The position numbers were made by a program, and so were the translations under genes. From Solirubrobacteraceae bacterium (GTDB taxonomy: Bacteria; Actinomycetota; Thermoleophilia; Solirubrobacterales; Solirubrobacteraceae): a DNA stretch of 27,367 nucleotides. The stretch spans positions 1-27,367 of the forward strand of contig JALOLQ010000014.1 of assembly GCA_025455895.1 (NCBI GenBank), given 5' to 3'. Within the stretch, counting starts at the first letter, position 1. The number at the start of each line of letters is the position of its first letter. Of the stretch, positions 1-8,978 are shown piece after piece. The notes beneath the pieces were generated by a model. That model did no database searches, was not told where the DNA came from, and was given only the letters and a program-made list of their open reading frames with translations.

Positions 1-3000
1 GCCCGCCGCGACCCGGCCGGATCACGACGTTCACGCTGCGCCGCCCGGACAGCCCCGTCGCGGTCAGCTCGAGCACGGCGCGCAGGCCCGCGCTGCGCCG
101 CGCGGACGTGCGGGCCGGTCCGCGCAGCCGCAGCGTGACGGTCCGCGTGGCGCCCGCGGGCACGCTGAACGCGCGCGAGGCGAGGAGCGCGCCGCGGCGC
201 TTCCCGCGCGGGCGGCCGAGCAGCCGCGCGGTGCCCCGGCAGCCGGTGGTCGCGCGCGGGCAGGCGAGCCGCATCCGCACGGCTCCGTCGCGCGCGGCAC
301 GCAGCGTCGTCCCGCCCACGAGCCGCACCCGTCCGGGTGCCGCGGCCGACCCGGCGCCGGGCGGTGCGGGCCCCGCGACCTGGAAGTCGCGCGCGGCCGG
401 CGAGAGGTCCGCGTTGCCGAACCGGTCCACCGCCCGCACCTCGAACCGGTGCGCGCCGGGCGCGATCGGGCCGGAGGCGATCGGGCTCGTGCAGCCGACG
501 AACGCCGCGCCGTCGAGACGGCACTCGAAGCGCGCGTCCGGCTCGGACGCGCTGAACGTGAACGAGGACTCCGTGCCGTCCGGGCCGGAGGTGATCACCG
601 TGTCCGGCCCCGTGACATCCGGGCACTCGCCGTCCAGTGCGCGCAGGTAGACCTGCGTGTGCTCACCGGCGTAGGCGGCCGTCAGGTCGCGGCGGGAGCT
701 CGAGAAGACGACGCAGTTGCCCGCGGGGACCAGGCGCGCCGCGATCGGGCCGGCCGCCACGCCCGCCGCGCCGTCGCCACGCGCGGCGAGCGTCGTCGTC
801 GCCGCCGCGAGGTCGCGCAGGTACGCCTGCTGCTTCGTGGCGTCCGGCGGGCCCGCGGTGAGGTTCGACGCCGATGACAGGAACAGCACGCGCCCGCCGT
901 CGAGGCTGATGGACGGGACCTCGCCGCCCGCGTCCGCCTTCACCCCCGCCGCACCCGACGCGCGCGAGACGCCTTCACCCCCGCCGCACCCGACGCGCGC
1001 GAGACGAGGATCGTCTGTGCGGTCGCGAGGTCGCGCACGATCACGTCCCGGTTCGTGTCGGCGTCGTCGAGGACGAGGTTCGCCGAGAACGTCTCGAACG
1101 CGACCCGCGAGCCGTCCGCGTCCAGCGCGGGGAACCTGCTGTCGAACTGGCCCGGGGCGCCGGCCGCGCCGTTCGCGCGGCTGGCGAGCGTCGTGGTACC
1201 CGCCTCGAGGTCGCGCACGAAGATCTGCGTGTGGCTGCCGTCGGCGCCGAGCGCCGCGCTCTCGCTGCCGAACGCGACCCGGCGACCGTCGGCGCTGAGA
1301 TCGTGATCGGCCTCCGCGCCGCCGGGCGCCGGCGCGCCCAGTGCCCCGTCGGCCCGCGACGCCACGACGGTGGTGCCCGCCGCCAGATCGCGGACGTAGA
1401 CCTGCAGACTGCTCACCCCGGGCACGAGGTTCGTCGCCAGCGAGGAGAACGAGACGCGCCGGCCGTCGGCGCTCAGCGCTCCGGTGAAGACCCCGAAGTC
1501 CGCGGGCGCGCCGCCGACCCCGTCGGCGCGGCTGACCAGCAGCGTCTGCTGCGTGTCCAGGTCGCGCACCCAGAGCTGCGTGCGGTTCGCGGGGACGACC
1601 TCCCCGAGGTTCGTCGCCTGCGAGGTGAACGCCACCCGCCGCCCGTCGGCACTCACCGCGACGACGTTCGCGTCGGCGTCGGCAGGGGCCCCGGACGCGC
1701 CGCTCGCCCGGCCGACGAACCGGGTCTCGCCGGTGCGCATGTCGCGGACGAACGCGTTGCGCCGCCGGTTGTCGTCCTCGGGCGAGAGCGTGTCCGTGCG
1801 CGAGGAGAAGCCGACGATCCGGCCGTCCTCGCTGGCCGCGCTCGCCCCCGGGATCGACGACTCCGCGGTCCCGTCGCCGCCGAACGCCCCGCTCCCGGAC
1901 GGGCGCGAGACGAGCACCGGCGAGTTCTGGCTCAGGACGCGCCGCGCGACCACCTCGAACCCGTCGGCGTCATCGGCGAGCAGGTTGCGCGCGGTGGTCG
2001 TGAACGCGACGACGAGCCCGTTTCCGCTGATGGCGCCCGGCCCCGAGGTGTCGTCGCCCCCGATCCCCGCCGTTGCGCTCACCAGCGTCGTCGTGTTCGC
2101 CAGGAGGTTGCGGGCATAGACGTCGCCACGGCCGTTCACATCGGCCGCGGCGAGGTTCGCCGCCGAGGTGCTGAACGTGACCCGGGAGCCGTCGTCGCTG
2201 ATCGACGGCTGATCGGACCCCGAGTCGGCGACGGTCCCGCCCGCGCCCGTGGCGCGGCTCGCGAGCGTGGTGGTCGCCGCGGTGAGGTCGCGCACGTAGA
2301 CCTGGCCTGAGCCTTCCCCGAGGCCGAAGCTGCGGAACGCCACCGCCGAGCCGTCCTGATCGACGTCGGGCGAATCGGAGGTGGTCGTGCTCTTGGCCCC
2401 GGCCGCGCCGCTCTGGCGGCTCACGAGCGTGTTCGTCTGGGCGCTGAGGTCGCGCGCGATCACGTCGCTCAGGCTGTCGGTGTCGCCCGCGACGAGGTTC
2501 GTGGCCGAGGTGGCGAACGCGACCGTTCCGCCGTCGCCCGAGATCGCCGGGTCCCGGGCGCTGTCGTCGGCCTTCGCGCCGGCCGCGGTGTCGGCCCGGC
2601 TGACGAGCGAGGTGGTCGCCGCGGTGAGGTCGCGCAGGTAGACGTCGACGGAGGTGTCGGCGTCGTCGGGATGCAGGTTCGTGGCGTTGCACGAGAACGC
2701 GACGCGGCTTCCGTCGTCGCTCAGGGTGGGATCGTCGCACTCGCCCCCGTTCTGCTTGGCGCCCGCGGCGCCGCTCGCCCGGGAGACGAGCGTCGTCGTG
2801 CCGAGCGTGAGGTCGCGGACGTAGATGTCCAGAGCGGTGTCGGAATCGGCGGCGCTGAGGTTCGTCGCCCGGGTCCGGAAGGCCACCTTCGTCCCGTCGC
2901 CGCTGATCGCGGCCTTCAGCGCGTCCGCGTTCGCCGGCGCTCCGGCGGCGCCGGTCGCGCGCGAGACGAAGACCGTCGTGTTCGTGCAGCTGTCGCGCAC

Positions 3001-3261
3001 GAACAGGCCGAGCCGGTCGTCGTCGTCCTCGGGCGAGATCCCGTCGGCCCGGCTGTCGAAGACCGTCCGGCAGCCGTCGTCGCTCACCGCGTGGTTGCCG
3101 ACGCGGCTCGCGTTGACCACCCCGGGCGCCAGCGGTCCGTCGCCGGAGGGCCGGCTCACGAGGATCGTGCTCCCGGCGGAGATCGCCTGAGCGACCGAGG
3201 GGACACCGAGCAGCGCGCCGGTCGCCGCCGCCAGGCACCACCATGCTGAACCTCGCACCAC
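1..3261 (-). pseudogene. Secreted TolB/PD40-like beta-propeller repeat protein with Ig-like and basic C-terminal domains; frameshifted by a 35-bp duplication; 3' end runs off the window
   Basis: ORF 940..3261 starts at GTG with GGAGG upstream and a signal peptide ending AQA. It has 12 repeats of the type LVSRAxGAxG...PxISxDGxRVAFxSxATNL...VYVRDL. Removing one copy of the 936-1005 duplication continues the frame as GVKADAGGEVPSISLDGGRVLFLSS..., giving 2 more repeats, an Ig-like segment (PDTVITSGP...FECRLDG...HRFEVRAVDRFGNAD) and an Arg-rich tail open to base 1. Confidence 0.85.
936..1005. repeat. Perfect 35-bp tandem duplication (GCCTTCACCCCCGCCGCACCCGACGCGCGCGAGAC x2)
   Basis: Copies at 936-970 and 971-1005 read directly from the sequence; 35 is not a multiple of 3. 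Confidence 0.97.
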
Positions 3262-3351
3262 GCACCTCCGTCGTTCCCGGCGAACCTACTCCCGTGCCCG
3301 CCCCGGCCGCAACCCGGGCGGCGTCCACCGGCCGGGGTAGCGTGGAACCCG

Positions 3352-3705
3352 GTGGAGACGATCGAGCAGATCGGCAAGGCCTTCGAGTGGGTCGGCGTGG
3401 GGATCATCGTCCTCGCCGCGCTCGCGACGCTCGTGATCACCGTGCGCGCCTGCCGCGCCGAGGGCGGCGAGGCCGCCTACGTCGCCGGCCGGCGCGCGTT
3501 CGGGCGCGGGCTGCTCGCGAGCCTCGAGGTGTTCGTCGCCGCCGACCTGCTGCGCACGATCTCGGTCGACCTCACGCTCGAGGGGATCGCCGCGCTCGGC
3601 CTGCTCGTCGTGATCCGGACGGTGCTCAGCTTCTCGCTCGAGGTCGAGCTCACGGGCACGCTGCCGTGGCGCGCCCGCGCGGCCGGCGCGGCGCCCCCGG
3701 GCTGA
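3352..3705 (+). CDS. DUF1622-family small membrane protein
   Basis: 117 aa; motifs GRGLLASLEVFVAADLLRTI and LGLLVVIRTVLSFSLEVE..G.LPW; -10-like TAGCGT 8 nt before the GTG. Confidence 0.85.
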   Translation: METIEQIGKAFEWVGVGIIVLAALATLVITVRACRAEGGEAAYVAGRRAFGRGLLASLEVFVAADLLRTISVDLTLEGIAALGLLVVIRTVLSFSLEVELTGTLPWRARAAGAAPPG

Positions 3706-3711
3706 CCGCGC

Positions 3712-3733
3712 CCGTCTGGACGCCGTCTGGACG
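3712..3733. repeat. 11-bp tandem repeat CCGTCTGGACG x2, with a degenerate third copy at 3743-3753
   Basis: Read directly; intergenic, upstream of the 604-aa secreted protein. Confidence 0.8.
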
Positions 3734-3858
3734 CCCCGCCGCCCGGCTGGACGAATCCCCCGTGGGACGCACGTCACACACCGCCTACCCTTCGAGGGGT
3801 AGCGTCGAGACGCCGTCTGTGGGGGACGGCCGACCAGCCACTCGCACGGAGAGACCAC

Positions 3859-5673
3859 ATGCCTCAGTCCCGCCACCTCGCGCCCGGACGGCGCCTGCTC
3901 GTCACCGCCACCGCGGCCGCGCTCACCGCGCTGCTGCTGCTGCTGCTCGCCGGGTCCGCCCGCGCCGCGAGCGTCGAGCCGGTCTTCGTCCCCGGCAACC
4001 CCACCTGCTCCAGCGTCGGGCTCGGCAGCGCCGAGTACAAGATCGACCCGCCCCAGCAGGGCGTCACCACCTACGCCTTCGGCGGCCTGCAGGTGAAGGT
4101 CACCGTCACCGGCCTGACCTTCGCCTGGGAGATCACCTCCGGCGCCGGCTCGGTCATCAACGGCGTCGTCGTCAAGGGCGGCCCGAACGCGAACGTCTAC
4201 GCCTACGGCGCCGGCGGCGCGACGAGCGACACGATGCTGCACGCGCCGGTGAACCCCAGCAACGGGAAGTTCTACGGCCTCAGCCACATCAGCTTCTGCC
4301 GCACCCCCGCCACGACCGGCACGATCGAGATCGTCAAGCAGACCGATCCGGACGGCGCCGAGGGCACGTTCGCGTTCACGAGCACCGGCGGCCTGAGCAC
4401 CGATCAGGGCGGCTTCACGCTCCAGGACGACGGCACGAAGACGTTCTCCGCCGTCGCGCCCGGCAGCTACACGGTGAGCGAGACCGCGCAGGAGGGCTGG
4501 ACGCTCCAGAGCCTCGTCTGCACCGACCCGACCGGGAACACCACCATCCAGGGTGCGACGGCCACGATCGCCGTCGCCGCGGGCGAGACCGTGCGCTGCG
4601 TCTACACGAACAAGAAGGACGTCCCGCCGCCGCCGGGCAAGGCGACGATCATCGTCAAGAAGGTGACCGACCCCGCCGGCGCGCCCGACACGTTCGCGTT
4701 CACCTCGCCGCTCGACCAGGACGGCTTCGACCTCAGCGACGGCCAGACCGCCGTCTTCGGCGAGCTGGAGCCCGGCACCTACACGGTGGACGAGACCGCG
4801 AAGGACGGCTGGACCCTCGAGGGCGTCAGCTGCGTGGACCCGACGAACGAGAACGCGCCCGTCGCCTCGGGCGGTGACCCCGAGCACGACGTGAGCGTCA
4901 CGGTCGCCGCCGGCCAGGTGGTGCGCTGCACGTTCACCAACCGCAAGGTCGTCCCGCCCACGAAGGGCACGATCGCGATCACGAAGCTCACGACGCCCGC
5001 GGGCGCGACCGACCTGTTCCCGTTCACCACGACCGGCGGCCTGACCCCGGCGGGCTTCTCGCTCTCCGGTGGCCAGACGACGATCTACACCGACGTCGAG
5101 CCGGGCGCCTACTCGGTAACCGAGGGTGCCACGGTGGGCTGGAAGCTCGACGGCGTCCAGTGCACCGAGACGGGCAGCCCGGCCGAGGGCAACGTCGCCC
5201 CGGTCGTGGACGGCGCGACCGCGACGCTGAACGTCGCGGCCGGCGAGTCGGTCTCCTGCACCTACACGAACAGCCGGATCACGCCGCCCGACGTCCCGGT
5301 CACCCCGTCCGGCGGGCAGGTCGGCAGCACCACCGCCTCGGGCGGCGTCGCACCGACCACCGCCAGCGGCGGCGCCGTCACGCGCGCGTCGCTCAGCGGC
5401 CCCGCCGCGTGCGTGCGCTCGCGCTACACGCTGAAGGTCAGCGGCCGCCCGGTCCGCGGCGTGACGATCTACGTCAACGGCAAGGTCGCCCGGCGGCTCA
5501 CCGCGAAGACCGGCCAGCAGACGTTCAGCGTCACGCTGAACGCGAGCGGCGCGCGCGTGCAGAAGGTCCGCGCCGTCGTCCGCTTCAGCGGCACCACCCA
5601 GACGAAGACGCTGCGGCGCACCGTGTTCAAGTGCCGCGCGGCGAACGCCGTGCGCCCGCAGTTCACCGGCTGA
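3859..5673 (+). CDS. Secreted surface/adhesin-like protein with three CnaB/prealbumin-like-fold repeats and a basic C-terminal domain
   Basis: ATG with GGAGA upstream; signal peptide ending ARA-A; three ~100-aa repeats (4321-4617, 4639-4947, 4963-5277) of pattern TI.I.K.T.P....F.FT...G.Y.V.E...GW.L..V.C...V..GE.V.C.YTN; ends RPQFTG-stop. Confidence 0.85.
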   Translation: MPQSRHLAPGRRLLVTATAAALTALLLLLLAGSARAASVEPVFVPGNPTCSSVGLGSAEYKIDPPQQGVTTYAFGGLQVKVTVTGLTFAWEITSGAGSVINGVVVKGGPNANVYAYGAGGATSDTMLHAPVNPSNGKFYGLSHISFCRTPATTGTIEIVKQTDPDGAEGTFAFTSTGGLSTDQGGFTLQDDGTKTFSAVAPGSYTVSETAQEGWTLQSLVCTDPTGNTTIQGATATIAVAAGETVRCVYTNKKDVPPPPGKATIIVKKVTDPAGAPDTFAFTSPLDQDGFDLSDGQTAVFGELEPGTYTVDETAKDGWTLEGVSCVDPTNENAPVASGGDPEHDVSVTVAAGQVVRCTFTNRKVVPPTKGTIAITKLTTPAGATDLFPFTTTGGLTPAGFSLSGGQTTIYTDVEPGAYSVTEGATVGWKLDGVQCTETGSPAEGNVAPVVDGATATLNVAAGESVSCTYTNSRITPPDVPVTPSGGQVGSTTASGGVAPTTASGGAVTRASLSGPAACVRSRYTLKVSGRPVRGVTIYVNGKVARRLTAKTGQQTFSVTLNASGARVQKVRAVVRFSGTTQTKTLRRTVFKCRAANAVRPQFTG

Positions 5674-5697
5674 GCCGGCCAGGCTGGTCCGGGATCT

Positions 5698-5725
5698 GCC
5701 CCGGCGCCCACGCGGGCGCCGGGGC
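5698..5725 (+). terminator. GC-rich hairpin after the 604-aa gene (probable terminator, no U-tract)
   Basis: GCCCCGGCGCCC-ACGC-GGGCGCCGGGGC, perfect 12-bp stem. Confidence 0.55.
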
Positions 5726-5749
5726 GCATCCCGTCCGTGCTTTGCGCGG

Positions 5750-7744
5750 ATGGCGCGAGCGGCGCTCCCTGTCACCGTCGCGGTGGTGGGCCCACGATCC
5801 GGTCTGTCGGCCGCCGTCGCCCTGACGGTCCTCATCGGCGCCGGCGGCGCGCGCGCCCAGGCGGCGGAGCCCGTGGTCCCGCTCGCGCGGGACGCGGCGG
5901 CGGAGCGGATCGTCGACGCGGCGCTGGCGAGCCTCGCCACCAGGCAGCGCGAGAGCGGGCTGTTCGCCGACCAGACCGGCCGCCTCGTCGGCGGGGAGGG
6001 GCTTCCCGCGCTGGCGTACGTCGCGCTGGCGCGGGCGAAGGAGGACGGGCAGCCGCCCGCGCGCCCCGCGGACACGGTGGTCGGCACCGAGGCCGACGGG
6101 TCGGCGGTCCTCCCGGCGGCCGTGCCGGTCACCGCGTCGCGCCGGCGCCGCGCCGCGATCGATCTCAGCTGGCGGCTCACGCTCGCGCGGCGCACCCTCG
6201 CCCGCGGCTCCGGGAGCAGCGTGATCCTGCGCTGGCCGCTGGCGATGCTGCTCGCCGAAGGGCTCGAGGACCCGCTGCTCGGCCAGCGCGGCGAACTGCG
6301 CGCGCGGGTGCTGGTCTGGAACCGCCTTCACGCGGCGGGCATCGCCGCCGACCGCTGCTATCAGGACCGGCGCTGCTTCAACAACTACAAGCTCGCCGAC
6401 GCGGTGCTCAACCTGGAGCTCGTGCGCACCGGGCTGCGCAGTCCCCGCCGCGGGATGCGCCTCTACGACCCGCCGGCGCTGCGCCGGCGGGCGCTGCGCT
6501 GGCTGCGGGACGCGCTCCCGCCCCAGGCGCCGGCCAGCGGGCGCGTGGGGATTCCGGGGCGCGGCGTCGAGCCCGCGGCGATCCTCAGCGACCCCGGCAC
6601 GTGGCCGCTCCCGTACGCGGCGCTGTGCACCGCCTGGGCGGTGCGGGCCACCCGGCTGGCGGGCGGGAGCGCGCCGGCGGCGCTGCGGCGCACGACGCGC
6701 GCGGCGCTGTGGGGCCTGCTCGGGGCCACGGGCCCGGACGGGGGCATCTCGTGGTCGGGGCGCGGGCAGGGGCAGGCATGGACACACGCCGCGTCGCTGT
6801 ACGCCGCTGCCGCCGGCTCGGCGCTGTTCGCGGACACCGAGCCGCGTCTCGCGGCGCGCCTGCGCCGGCTCGCGGACGTGCAGCTCGACGCCCTCGGCGC
6901 GCGCCTGCGCGACGGGGCGCTCCAGGTGCTGCCGAGCGGCAACGATCAGCTGGACGGGCTGGACCACTACTACTCGGTGACCGGGAGCACCGGCCTCGCG
7001 CTCGCCTTCCTGCAGATGGCGCGGGCGGAGCTGCCGAATCCTCAGGCACCACGGCTCGGACTCCCCGCGGAGCTGGACGGCGCCTGGTTCCACGACGAGC
7101 GCACCGGGCTCGTCGCCCGCCGGGCGGGCCTCTCGTGGATCGCGCTGCGCGAGCGCCGCCGCCACCCGAACGACCCCCGCAGCGACGGCGGCCTGATGCG
7201 GGCGCTGCGGCTGCTCGGCGGAAGCTGGCGCGAGCAGCTCCCGGCCCGGCCGGGACCGGTCGCCACGGCGGGCCGTCGCTCGCCGCGCACGCCGTCGGGC
7301 GGTCCGGTGCTCGTCACCGCCGGTGCGCACTTCCAGCCGCGCGCCGCCCGGGTCCGCCAGCAGGCGCTCGGCGTGGATCTCGCCGGGGGCTGGCGCGCGG
7401 CCGACGGACGCGCGCTGACCGGCGCGAGCTGGCGGTACAGCGCGGCGCCGGACGGCGTGGCTCTGCGCAGCGTCTGCCCGTTCGGGGCCCGCCTGGAGAT
7501 GACCGCCTGGCTCCCGCGCCGCGGCGAGGCGCGGCGCGACGGCGGCCTGCTCGAACGCGCCGGCTACGCGGTGCGCACGCGCCCGGTGCCGCGGGTCCGG
7601 GTGCTCGTCGCCGGCTACGCGAACAGCGTGCAGCCACGGCTGCGGGCCTACCGGCTCGTCATCCCGTGCACCGGCCCGTTCGCCTCGGTCACGTTCAGCG
7701 GCGGCGCGTCGACCGGGTCCGGGGCACCGGTCCCGGCCTCGTAG
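5750..7744 (+). CDS. Secreted hypothetical protein, possibly helical toroid plus beta-sandwich (polysaccharide-lyase-like architecture)
   Basis: 664 aa with GC3-rich codons and a signal peptide ending ARAQA; helical N-terminal two-thirds, beta-rich C-terminus. Function is inference only. Confidence 0.7.
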   Translation: MARAALPVTVAVVGPRSGLSAAVALTVLIGAGGARAQAAEPVVPLARDAAAERIVDAALASLATRQRESGLFADQTGRLVGGEGLPALAYVALARAKEDGQPPARPADTVVGTEADGSAVLPAAVPVTASRRRRAAIDLSWRLTLARRTLARGSGSSVILRWPLAMLLAEGLEDPLLGQRGELRARVLVWNRLHAAGIAADRCYQDRRCFNNYKLADAVLNLELVRTGLRSPRRGMRLYDPPALRRRALRWLRDALPPQAPASGRVGIPGRGVEPAAILSDPGTWPLPYAALCTAWAVRATRLAGGSAPAALRRTTRAALWGLLGATGPDGGISWSGRGQGQAWTHAASLYAAAAGSALFADTEPRLAARLRRLADVQLDALGARLRDGALQVLPSGNDQLDGLDHYYSVTGSTGLALAFLQMARAELPNPQAPRLGLPAELDGAWFHDERTGLVARRAGLSWIALRERRRHPNDPRSDGGLMRALRLLGGSWREQLPARPGPVATAGRRSPRTPSGGPVLVTAGAHFQPRAARVRQQALGVDLAGGWRAADGRALTGASWRYSAAPDGVALRSVCPFGARLEMTAWLPRRGEARRDGGLLERAGYAVRTRPVPRVRVLVAGYANSVQPRLRAYRLVIPCTGPFASVTFSGGASTGSGAPVPAS

Positions 7745-8056
7745 CCCGCGTCCCGGCCCCTTGGACGCCCGGCACAGTCGCTCCTCGGCGGCTTGTGCGG
7801 CGGCGACATTCCCCGGCGCGCGGTGATCGGCGACACTCGCGCTTCCCCCTCACGGGCTCGCGTCCCGGCCGTCCAGGCCACCAGCGACCCGTGTGGCGAG
7901 CGTGCCGCCCCGGCGCGCCTGGCGGGGCGGCCGGGGCGGGACGCCGCTGTCCGGCGCGCGGGCACTCGCGGGGCAGCTCCGCGCCAGGTACGCTGGGCCC
8001 AAGCGCGGTGTGTGGGGGTGCGCCGCGAGGTCCGGCCTCCGGGGGGAGGATCCAGC

Positions 8057-8965
8057 GTGAACACCACCACCAGCGTCGCCGCGCGCGGCGACGCCCTGCG
8101 GTTCCTGGCCGAGCGGATCGAGCTGCTCCGCCGGGCCGACGTCGACGCGATCGCCGTGGCGATGGCCGACGAGCAGAAGCCGGGGACCGGCGACCTGCTG
8201 CGCGACGAGGCGCTGCGCGAGCTGGTCGACGGCGGCTGGGTGGACGGCGACGAGGCGAGCATGGTGCTCGGCCACGAGCTGCGCCGCCACCACACCGCGC
8301 TCGTCGTGTGGCGCCCGTCGGTCAACGGCGGCGGGACGGAGGCGCGCCGACTCGAGGCCCGGGTCGCGGAGATCGCGACCGCGCTCGGGGCGGGCCGGGC
8401 GCTCACGCTGCCGGCGGGCACGCACTCGCTGTGGGCCTGGGTCGGCACCGCTGACGTGCCGCCGCGCGACACGCTCGACGCGCTGCCGGCGGGCGGCGAC
8501 TGCCTGGTCGCCGTCGGCCGGCCGGGCTTCGGCGCCGACGGCTTCCGTCGCTCGCACCGCGAGGCGGTGCGCGCGCAGCGGGTCGCGATGCGCTGCCCGA
8601 GCCCCGGGCGCGTCACGCGCTTCGAGGACGTCGAGCTGCTGAGCCTCGTCTCCGGGGACGACGAGGCGATGGTCTCGCTCGTGCGCCGCGAGCTGGGCCC
8701 GCTCGCCGCCGACGATCCGGCCACCGCGCGCCTGCGCGCGACGCTCGGCGCGGTGCAGGCGGCGGGCGGCGGCAGCGCCGCGGCGGCCGACGCGCTCGGC
8801 GTGCACCGCAACACCGTGCTCTACCGGCTGCGCCGCATCGACGAGCTGCTGGGCCGCCCGGCCGCCGAGCGCCGCCTCGAGCTCGAGGTCGCGCTGCGGC
8901 TGGCCGAGGCCTTCCCCGACCGCGTGCTCGTGCCCGCCGCGGAGGTCCGGCCCGTCAGCGCGTGA
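8057..8965 (+). CDS. PucR/CdaR family transcriptional regulator
   Basis: GTG 8057 with GGAGG upstream; GGDEF-like central domain and C-terminal HTH AADALGVHRNTVLYRLRRIDELLG...RLELEVALRL. Confidence 0.9.
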   Translation: MNTTTSVAARGDALRFLAERIELLRRADVDAIAVAMADEQKPGTGDLLRDEALRELVDGGWVDGDEASMVLGHELRRHHTALVVWRPSVNGGGTEARRLEARVAEIATALGAGRALTLPAGTHSLWAWVGTADVPPRDTLDALPAGGDCLVAVGRPGFGADGFRRSHREAVRAQRVAMRCPSPGRVTRFEDVELLSLVSGDDEAMVSLVRRELGPLAADDPATARLRATLGAVQAAGGGSAAAADALGVHRNTVLYRLRRIDELLGRPAAERRLELEVALRLAEAFPDRVLVPAAEVRPVSA

Positions 8966-8978
8966 TTGGATCCCGGCC

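Noticed and set aside
1000-3150. Periodic DNA similarity resembling a repeat array or CRISPR
   Set aside because: It is the coding periodicity of propeller repeats; units are degenerate, in frame and without spacers or cas genes.
3749-3805. Resemblance to a c-di-GMP-I riboswitch (GTGGGACGCA...GGTAGC)
   Set aside because: No GNRA/GAAA tetraloop or GCAAA junction, and a -10-like box at 3800-3805 suggests much of it is not transcribed; kept only as an unassigned patterned region.
5650-5673. RPQFTG as an LPxTG sortase signal
   Set aside because: The stop codon follows immediately; there is no hydrophobic helix or basic tail after the motif.
7793-8056. N-terminal extension of PucR (track start 7793)
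   Set aside because: Atypical composition; a clear GGAGG plus GTG at 8057 gives a better start.
3286-8454. Very long alternative-frame ORFs (3286..6195 -, 969 aa; 5737..8454 +, 905 aa; 5663..7330 -; similarly 10165..12369 +, 13126..15123 -, 22296..23600 -)
   Set aside because: Arg/Ala/Gly/Pro-rich shadows of real genes; stop codons are rare in very GC-rich DNA, and they show no motifs or start signals.
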